Assembly: GCA_048886185.1 (NCBI GenBank)
Contig: JBHLKY010000039.1
Coordinates: 1-24,473, forward strand
Direction: 5' to 3'
Length of the DNA: 24,473 nucleotides
Origin: Candidatus Hermodarchaeota archaeon
Lineage (GTDB): Archaea > Asgardarchaeota > Heimdallarchaeia > Hodarchaeales > Hodarchaeaceae
Positions 9,614 to 16,596 of the stretch are shown piece by piece (position 1 is the stretch's first letter; the number at the start of each line of letters is the position of its first letter). A program made the translations under genes and the position numbers. Below the pieces are notes generated by a model. It was not told the origin of the DNA, made no database searches, and saw only the letters and a list, made by a program, of their open reading frames with translations.

Positions 9614-11410
9614 TTAATATTTCCTTCCAAGCCATTTACGTGATTGCCATAATTCATCAATATTTTTGGCCTTTTCACCATAACCCCAAAAGGGAAATTT
9701 AGCCATAACATCATCCAACAATACCATAGAGCGGTCTAGAAACCTGAAATGCTTAATAAAGAATCTCGCAATGCCATGACTAAATACGAATACTCCATCT
9801 GTTGGCTTGGTAAATGGACAGGCTCGGATACAGTTTGAACAATCCGCACCATTTCGTACCCATTGTTCATAGCATTTTTCTACATCAACATACCACTTAT
9901 ATACCCCAGAATGGTTAGATTTGTAATTATAATCCGGATCGGTTTTGGCTCTGTAATTTGGCTCCCATATAGGCATTTTATCATAAGAAATTGCCTGTGA
10001 TGGGCAATGCTTAGCACATTTCTTACAAACTTTACAGAATTCAGTTACACCGAAGTTTATAGGCTTATCTACTTTCATGGGAAAATCTGTTAGCACTTTT
10101 ACGATTCTTATACGCTGGCCATATTTAGGAGTGATGAGTAACCCATTCCGTCCCAATTGGCCTAGTCCTGCTTTGATCGCTAATGGTACTGATAATCCAA
10201 CCCAGTTATCTGCTGGTATTGCCTTATAGCCTAAATTTCGAATGAATTCAGCAACTGAGGAACCTGTAAATGCCATCCGTGAGTACCCATTCCCCACAGC
10301 CATTGATGCTGGAATTTGTGGTGAAGATTTGATACAATCATAATCCATCTCAATAAGCATCACTATTGCATATTTTATTCCTTTAGGATAGGTTATCTTT
10401 GCTCCCATCATATTATCCGAATATAGGAATTCATAATTATCTAATTTACATATTCCAACATCACAGGCACCATTAACGATTGCAACACGTTTCACTATGT
10501 CAGCATTATGCTGTAAATCTGTACTCTCATATTTCGGTATAAAATGACCAACGCCAGCTGGATTCATTTTCTCTCCTTTTTCTCCACTCATAAATTTCTC
10601 CATGAGCTTTATTGGATCTGTCAAATCTTCTGGGCTTAATTCCTGGTCCATAAGTTCTGAATCCATACCAGCCATAACTCCATCCATCACTTCGGCTGCT
10701 GGGGCACCTCCACCACCTAAGTTCATCATTACTGCCATTATATCTGCAAATTCTGGAAGAGCGCTTTCCCAATCAAGAATTCCTAAATATCCTGTTTGAA
10801 TTGTCCACGCAGCAGATTGTGCAGCAAAATCTAATGGAGAATACCCAGGTTTGTTCCATTTTTTGGACGCTGCGTCGAACATTGATTTTTGGTAACTAGA
10901 AAATGTTGGATCCCATAACATTCGTGACATACACATATTTTTTGATTCAAACTGTTCAATATCATCATCCATTGCATATGGAATTTTTCCCTTTAAGAAC
11001 TGCTTCTCTAGTTCTTTTCTCCGCGCTTGCCGATCAGCTTCACTTAATTTTACTCGCGGTCTTGTGGGTTTCCTTTCTATTTTTCCCATTACACTCTGTA
11101 ATTTCATCATTTCCCTCATTGATGCTTTTAGTTTGAACTTTCCTGATCGCATCGCACTCATTGGATTGATTTTTCCATCATTTACACCAATAAATGTCGC
11201 TGTATCTACGATCATTCTTGGTCCTTTTCCTGTTGGTTCTCCCTCTTGTAGGTCGCTACATAAACCATTCACGATGTTTACATGAAACACTTTTTCTAAA
11301 TCTGTAAACTCGAAAGAAACTGGTTTATTCCATTTTTTGAAACTTTTTTTGTTTCCTTTTAAATTTTCAACTATATTAACTAATATTTCTCTTACTTCTG
11401 CTTCACTCAT
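9614..11410 (-). CDS. rdhA: Reductive dehalogenase (cobalamin, 2x[4Fe-4S]) with N-terminal SCP2 sterol/lipid-binding domain
   Basis: RdhA motifs: RMLWDP, GYSPLDFAAQSAAW, VKRVA..NGACDVGI, GYSRM, AGLGQLGRNGLLITPKYGQRIR, FCKVCKKCAKHCP (10001-10036) and C-x10-CSNCIRACPF (9812-9874). Aa ~1-108 match the SCP2 pattern (DGKINPMSAMRSGKFKLKASMREMMKLQSVM). No twin-arginine signal. Confidence 0.88.
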   Translation of the reverse strand: MSEAEVREILVNIVENLKGNKKSFKKWNKPVSFEFTDLEKVFHVNIVNGLCSDLQEGEPTGKGPRMIVDTATFIGVNDGKINPMSAMRSGKFKLKASMREMMKLQSVMGKIERKPTRPRVKLSEADRQARRKELEKQFLKGKIPYAMDDDIEQFESKNMCMSRMLWDPTFSSYQKSMFDAASKKWNKPGYSPLDFAAQSAAWTIQTGYLGILDWESALPEFADIMAVMMNLGGGGAPAAEVMDGVMAGMDSELMDQELSPEDLTDPIKLMEKFMSGEKGEKMNPAGVGHFIPKYESTDLQHNADIVKRVAIVNGACDVGICKLDNYEFLYSDNMMGAKITYPKGIKYAIVMLIEMDYDCIKSSPQIPASMAVGNGYSRMAFTGSSVAEFIRNLGYKAIPADNWVGLSVPLAIKAGLGQLGRNGLLITPKYGQRIRIVKVLTDFPMKVDKPINFGVTEFCKVCKKCAKHCPSQAISYDKMPIWEPNYRAKTDPDYNYKSNHSGVYKWYVDVEKCYEQWVRNGADCSNCIRACPFTKPTDGVFVFSHGIARFFIKHFRFLDRSMVLLDDVMAKFPFWGYGEKAKNIDELWQSRKWLGRKY

Positions 11411-11454
11411 GTTTCTTATTTCCTACATTTAACTATTGGATTAGATGTTATTGT

Positions 11455-11664
11455 CTAATCACACTGCAAAATGAGTCGACTTAAGTCGACTTTGAGAAAA
11501 TGTTCATATAGTCTTTTTCCACTTTCAGATAACGTCACTTCGACTTTTCTTCTATCTTTTTTAGAATTATGACAGTTGACAAAACCAAATTCAACAAGAC
11601 GGGCGATTCGTTCCGTAGCTGTACTTGGAAATTTTAGATTGAAGAATTTCGTAATTTCTGTCAT
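11455..11664 (-). CDS. MarR-family winged-helix regulator, N-terminally short (possibly pseudogene)
   Basis: STATERIARLVEFGFV...DRRKVEVTLSESG is the MarR wing signature. Only 69 aa. The upstream in-frame segment SIFTINFLGKSKSRT is cut off by TAG at 11710-11712. Confidence 0.7.
   Translation of the reverse strand: MTEITKFFNLKFPSTATERIARLVEFGFVNCHNSKKDRRKVEVTLSESGKRLYEHFLKVDLSRLILQCD
11474..11491. repeat. Perfect 18-bp palindrome
   Basis: AGTCGACTTAAGTCGACT equals its own reverse complement. It lies in the 3' end of the MarR-like gene, ~65-80 bp upstream of the rdhA start. Confidence 0.85.
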
Positions 11665-11711
11665 TGTGCGCGATTTGCTTTTTCCTAAAAAGTTGATTGT
11701 AAAGATTGACT

Positions 11712-11763
11712 AAATATTGCACATTTTACTGAATATTGCACCTTTTTAAACATTTCACCTTTT
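11712..11763. promoter_or_regulatory. Three degenerate 16-bp direct repeats, candidate operator array
   Basis: AAATATTGCACATTTT (11712), GAATATTGCACCTTTT (11731) and AAACATTTCACCTTTT (11748), upstream of the MarR-like/rdhA genes. Function is inferred. Confidence 0.5.
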
Positions 11764-11868
11764 CTAGTCCTATCTCTTTATCTTCAAAACAATAATTTCG
11801 TGTGGGTTCCCAAGAACATTGTCCGATTCGTGATTTTTTTTTGTTTATACAGATCCTGTTCCAGCCAC

Positions 11869-12324
11869 TTACCATTGTTGGGACAGATTTTTTTTCTGTA
11901 AGTTTTGTGTACCCCTAAAGAGTACTTTCTTCATTTCTAGAAAACCATCACATCTGTCCCAATCACCTGAATAAACACACGAATCACATATATTTTTCAT
12001 ATGAGAATATCTAATGAATGAAAAGATGATTAAGATGGAGTAAAAAAATATTAATCCAAAAATTAGTATTAATAGATCTCCGTACAAAAGCAGAAAATAA
12101 AATACTGTTCCTGTAAACACTCCAAAGAATAATCTTCTTATAAATACGAACTTCTCATGAAAAATGCCAATTGAGATAACTATAGCGATCGTAAGGGCAA
12201 TAACAGCTATTATAAATGATAAACTGAGAGAAACCTCAATAATGACTGAAAAAACAAATAGCAGAGCAGCGACAGGGTATGCAACCAGACAACCCTTACA
12301 AACCCATACTCCTCTAATTGGTTC
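11869..12324 (-). pseudogene. 5'-truncated multi-TM membrane protein with CxxC motifs (loosely DUF2085-like)
   Basis: The track ORF 11869..12120 stays open upstream to 12324: EPIRGVWVCKGCLVAYPVAALLFVFSVII...CDSCVYSGDWDRCDGF. There is no start codon before TAA-TGA at 12325-12330. Confidence 0.6.
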
Positions 12325-12326
12325 TC

Positions 12327-12620
12327 ATTACAATAATACAGAGCGATTCCTATAGAGGTATTAGAACAGTATTGGTTTTTCACGATCGTGTTGTTACAAT
12401 TTACGAGGATAAGCTGTCCATACGTCCTAGTGATCGTATGTTCAGTTACATTCTCAAAATAACCTAGGAGGAGGTTATTAACTGTGTTATTCTCAATTGT
12501 GTACGAAAATAATTCCTTTTTAGAAGATGCCTCAAAATGAAGTTCATCATTGAAATACGGAAATGGAACAGGACGTAGTAATTGGTAATACCATGTGAAT
12601 ATACTTATAAATAGTGGCTG
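12327..12620 (-). pseudogene. Internal fragment of a right-handed parallel beta-helix (NosD/CASH-like) protein
   Basis: Hand translation gives ...NDELHFEASSKKELFSYTIENNTVNNLLLGYFENVTEHTITRTYGQLILVNCNNTIVKNQYCSNTSIGIALYYCN, an Asn-rich beta-helix pattern. There is no start codon for this part, and an in-frame TAG lies at 12621-12623. Confidence 0.6.
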
Positions 12621-12651
12621 CTAGTGAGTATGAAGTAACTGTTATCAAGGA

Positions 12652-14217
12652 TTGACACTGGAAAGAAGCATCCGAGGAAACATAGGAGATTGCCACAGGA
12701 GCGACTCAGTTTTGGGGCTTGACAAGCTGTACCAATTGATAAATAGCGGACGAATAGACGAGATAGCACGGGAAGTCGAAACACTGGAAGGAGAAGAACA
12801 TATAGAAGGGCAATACTGGAACATTTTCTGGTCATTTTATAAAACACGTGACTTCGAACGGGCTAAAAGAGAAGCTGGTGAATTAATCGGCCAGGAGCCT
12901 GTATCATTGGTAAGTCAGGTCTTCCAGTTACTCATGGAGGCGTTCATTCTCCCTTTCGAGAACAAATCTGATGCAGCCTTGAGTAAGCTTGCTGCTGCAG
13001 GAGAGATAATCACGGCGTTACCAGGAGAAACGGTCAAGAAACAGCTGCTAGAAGCCTGGTCGTTGTACTGGAGAGGTTACTGCAAGTGCGGCATGGGTCT
13101 TGATGATGAAGCTTTAGAGCTATATGCCAGAGCACTGGACATTGCTTTAGCTGGACACTTTCCGTTGAAATACATGGCACCTGACATTCATTTGTGGACG
13201 GGAGTGTCATGCGGCCGTAAAGGTGAATTCCAGTTAGCTCAAGATCATTACGTGAAAAGTCAGCACGGTTTCAGAGAGTTAGGCAATGAATTTATGGAAG
13301 CATTCGCGTTACTAGGTATTGGATTCTGTCACCATCTTCAAGGAGATCTCGATACAGCCCTGGAGAAGTACCTAGGAAGTCTAGAACTCAGCCAGCGAAC
13401 GGGCAATAAAGCAAGGGAGATGAGCGGGCTGTTTGAAATCGGCCATGTTTACTACAGCAAGGGTGAATTCCAACAAGCAGTGAACTGTTATCAACAGAGC
13501 TTGATCCTGTCCAAGAAAGACAAAACGGAACAGGGGTTAATTAGTCAAGTTGACTCACTGTACGGTTTGATTGCTGTCTATCTAGACTTGCAGGATAAAG
13601 GACAGGTCAACCAGCACCTGGTAGAGTTAGAGGAGCTGAGCAAAAGTGAAACCGGTAACAAATTCGGTTATCCTTACGTGGAAGTCCACTATTCATTAGC
13701 AAAAGCGCGCGTACTCAAAACACAGGAGCAATTCAAGGCTAAAGCGCAAGCCAGTGACTTGCTAAGAAATTTGCTAGAATATGATAAACTTGCTAAAAGA
13801 GAACGGTATCTTGTCCTGCTCGAGCTATGCGATCTACTGGCACAGGAAGCCAAGGTGATGGGAGATGAAGCTGTTTACCAAGAAATGAAGGCCATATTCG
13901 GTGATTTAAAGACTCTTGTCCGTGGTTGGAATACTGCACCTTATACCATCGACATATTGATCCTGGAGGCCAAACTCGCGCTGGTTGAGGGTGATATGGA
14001 GCAAGCATTCACAATACTGGAACGGGCACGGGAGCTAGCCGAAAAGAAAGGACTCGGTTACCTGACAGGCAAGGTGCAGGACCAGCAAGAACAGGTCAGG
14101 AAAGCACTAGACCAATGGCAGCAGCTGCTCGATAGGAACGCTCCCCTGCAGGAACGGCTGATGATGGCTGAACTGGAATTGTACATCAGAACCGCCATCA
14201 AGAAGTTCGAATTATGA
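12652..14217 (+). CDS. Tetratricopeptide repeat protein with atypically high GC
   Basis: 521 aa, with TPR units (KGEFQLAQDHY, QGDLDTALEKY, KGEFQQAVNCY) and the same C-terminal module as ORF 105. The true start may be the TTG at 12712 (AGGAG at 12697-12701). Confidence 0.88.
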   Translation: MTLERSIRGNIGDCHRSDSVLGLDKLYQLINSGRIDEIAREVETLEGEEHIEGQYWNIFWSFYKTRDFERAKREAGELIGQEPVSLVSQVFQLLMEAFILPFENKSDAALSKLAAAGEIITALPGETVKKQLLEAWSLYWRGYCKCGMGLDDEALELYARALDIALAGHFPLKYMAPDIHLWTGVSCGRKGEFQLAQDHYVKSQHGFRELGNEFMEAFALLGIGFCHHLQGDLDTALEKYLGSLELSQRTGNKAREMSGLFEIGHVYYSKGEFQQAVNCYQQSLILSKKDKTEQGLISQVDSLYGLIAVYLDLQDKGQVNQHLVELEELSKSETGNKFGYPYVEVHYSLAKARVLKTQEQFKAKAQASDLLRNLLEYDKLAKRERYLVLLELCDLLAQEAKVMGDEAVYQEMKAIFGDLKTLVRGWNTAPYTIDILILEAKLALVEGDMEQAFTILERARELAEKKGLGYLTGKVQDQQEQVRKALDQWQQLLDRNAPLQERLMMAELELYIRTAIKKFEL

Positions 14218-14272
14218 ACTAGTAAACGGGAAAGAATTGACAGCTGTTTTAAGGGAATCCCTGTAACTCGAA

Positions 14273-14434
14273 TCATAAGAATAGAATATGAATGCCATGA
14301 TTGCTATTTTTTCTAGTAAGGAATGCCAATAATGCTAAATTAGTAATAGCTCCAGCTGACCCAGCAATTAAATAACTACCAACGATTACCAAGTAAAAAA
14401 CAAGTCTTATCCAACGTTATATGACATTGAGCAT
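14273..14434 (-). pseudogene. Possible degraded membrane-protein fragment
   Basis: MLNVI*RWIRLVFYLVIVGSYLIAGSAGAITNLALLAFLTRK... has hydrophobic helices interrupted by an in-frame TAA (14417-14419). Confidence 0.3.
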
Positions 14435-14489
14435 CAACAAAAGAAAAGATAAAAAACACCCTCCACACACGAAATAACCCTTACTTCAT

Positions 14490-14530
14490 ATAGAGCTGTT
14501 CAACTTCGGGTTGGGACAAGACATAGAGGG
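14490..14530 (+). repeat. 41-bp direct repeat, copy 2
   Basis: ATAGAGCTGTTCAACTTCGGGTTGGGACAAGACATAGAGGG, intergenic. A weaker upstream match also exists (AAACACCCTCCACAC at 14454 vs AAACACTCCCTCCTCAC at 6321). Confidence 0.95.
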
Positions 14531-14979
14531 CCGCAACACCAAAAATGGTGCCGAAGGGAATATTGAAGAGATTCAAGGCAGCAATGACCATAGTGCCAAT
14601 CCGACCTGAGTTTTGATACTGGAGGAGACGCTTGCCACAGAGTCAAGAGTATTTCAGATTATATCATTAATAATTTTAAAGGACTATTTTATCAACGAAA
14701 AGAGAAACACTCTATTTTAAGTGATTTTAGGATAAATGAAGTAATCAAGTGTGCTCAGATATGTCGAATATCTTTTGTTAGAAGCCTGAACATTAAATTA
14801 ATCAGAGCGACATTGTAACCCATTTGTTCGCTGAAACTCGGAGTACATTGAAGTATGAGCTGAAATCTCAAATCAAGAATCGCTCAAGAAATGGTCATTT
14901 TTTACCTCTGAAAAGTATATATAGCTTTTGGCCATTAAATTTCTATTGTTTTTCAAGGAGGTTCATGAGGAATAACTGA

Positions 14980-15690
14980 ATGCCTAATCGCTATTTTGTT
15001 GCCATCTGGTTATTTCTTCTCTCCATTCCCCTCTTTTTTCTTATAATTTGTCCTTTTTTCGCCTCATTAAATGCTGAATTAGATCAAAAATTGACAGATT
15101 CTTATATTTTTAGGGATAAATATGATCTGGAGAGTCCTATCTCTTATGATTTTCAGTGGAGTGTGTCTTTTTCATTAAAAGGCTACCCTTGGGGATATTT
15201 AATTTGGCCAAAAATTCCTTATGGGGGTAATTGGTCTGCTTCAACTGGTCAAGGTGCTTTTGTAGGTAATTTTTCGATTTATCTTAATGGAGAGAGTGCT
15301 TATAATTTTCGGGTCAGTTTAACTGTCCCCTATGATCCTGATCCAAATTCATGGGGATTTTCTGAAGTGAAGGCCCCTTCATTAGAAGATGTAAAAGATG
15401 TAGTTGACTTTTCTTCATTGGGTTCAGGAGAAAATAATCTCACTATCAAGTGTCATTTCTATTCTAAAATTGAAAAAGCAGGTAAGGCAAACATGGATAT
15501 TCATATTGGCCCTTTAACTGTGGATATTACAGGACTTAGGGGAGCTGATGGGATACCTGATATGGCCCAACCTCTTCCGGGGTTAAACGCTTATCTTTTC
15601 ACCCTTGTTTGTGGGATCCTATTCTTTCCTGTGGCAGAAGCAATTCGTTATTATGGGAAGCGATTAATACGTAAGGTGAGGAGTTCCTAA
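14980..15690 (+). CDS. Exported protein with N-terminal signal/TM and C-terminal TM anchor
   Basis: 236 aa. Hydrophobic N-terminus, beta-rich middle, and C-terminal PLPGL + TM helix + basic tail (KRLIRK). Confidence 0.8.
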   Translation: MPNRYFVAIWLFLLSIPLFFLIICPFFASLNAELDQKLTDSYIFRDKYDLESPISYDFQWSVSFSLKGYPWGYLIWPKIPYGGNWSASTGQGAFVGNFSIYLNGESAYNFRVSLTVPYDPDPNSWGFSEVKAPSLEDVKDVVDFSSLGSGENNLTIKCHFYSKIEKAGKANMDIHIGPLTVDITGLRGADGIPDMAQPLPGLNAYLFTLVCGILFFPVAEAIRYYGKRLIRKVRSS

Positions 15691-16596
15691 AAGCTGGAAA
15701 AATTTCTAGTAGAAATCACAGTTGGTTCTTGAGACATACTTTAATAAGGAATGATGTAATTAGGACAAAATACATTGTATCAGCAATGTGGGGATTCTAG
15801 TCTTGTCAATGCTGTCGGACAAAATGGCATAGTTATCCCTTACCTTGGTCAATAAAACACTTTTTGAAACATCTAAAGATCGATGATTTCACTGTTTAAG
15901 TAAGTTATCAATCAGTATTACGAATCATGGTATAAATTTTTAGTGAAAATAGTGACTTCTGAAGTCAAGATAGAATTAAAGGATTAACGATTCTAGAATT
16001 AATGAATACTCTTTCGCTTGGTGAGGAAAATAATTAAGCTTAATCCTTTGTGACTACTAGTTCTTTCTAAAAGTATTTAAGGAAGAAAAGAGATAATAAA
16101 CTAGAACTCGTTTAGGAGTAAAATAATATAAAGGAAGGGTTGAAAATTGACAAGAAAAACGAATTTCCTTTTATTTACATCTGCAGAGTTGGTTTTAAAA
16201 ACACAAGAGGAGAAAAACAGTAGATCAAAAAAATTAAAAACGTGTGATTATAATCTAATTTTAATGTGAATATGTATTGAGTATTTTATAATGACTTTGT
16301 ATCTACTTCGAAATAATTTTTCTAGAATAATGCTAGGAAAATATCAATAAAGAGAAAAAACCAGATTAGAATAGTATTGGGGAATTTCATATTTCACTTG
16401 CATAGATGAATCCCAATTTCTTATATGGTTCAATTCTAGGTGAATCCTTATCTAAATATGTAAAACTTATGTACAGTTCAGCACGTTCCAGACCAATAAT
16501 ACAAGAAAGATATCCTATCAGGGAAAGACCAATATGCAATCGACCTTCACGAGAAGCTATTCAAGGAATCTATTAACAGAGATTAAAATTTGTGTT

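Noticed and set aside
9465-9617. 50-aa plus-strand mini-ORF between the lipase and rdhA, considered as an rdhB candidate
   Set aside because: Opposite strand and hydrophilic with no TM helices, so not RdhB-like.
9614-11410. Annotating the gene as queG or as evidence of organohalide respiration
   Set aside because: Its length and N-terminal RdhA blocks favour RdhA over QueG. The absence of a Tat signal and rdhB argues against a respiratory role.
15741-15830. Minus-strand MPFCPT...HC*YNVFCPNY, resembling a decayed double Zn ribbon
   Set aside because: CxxC pairs are incomplete, there is an internal stop, and it is too short to support.
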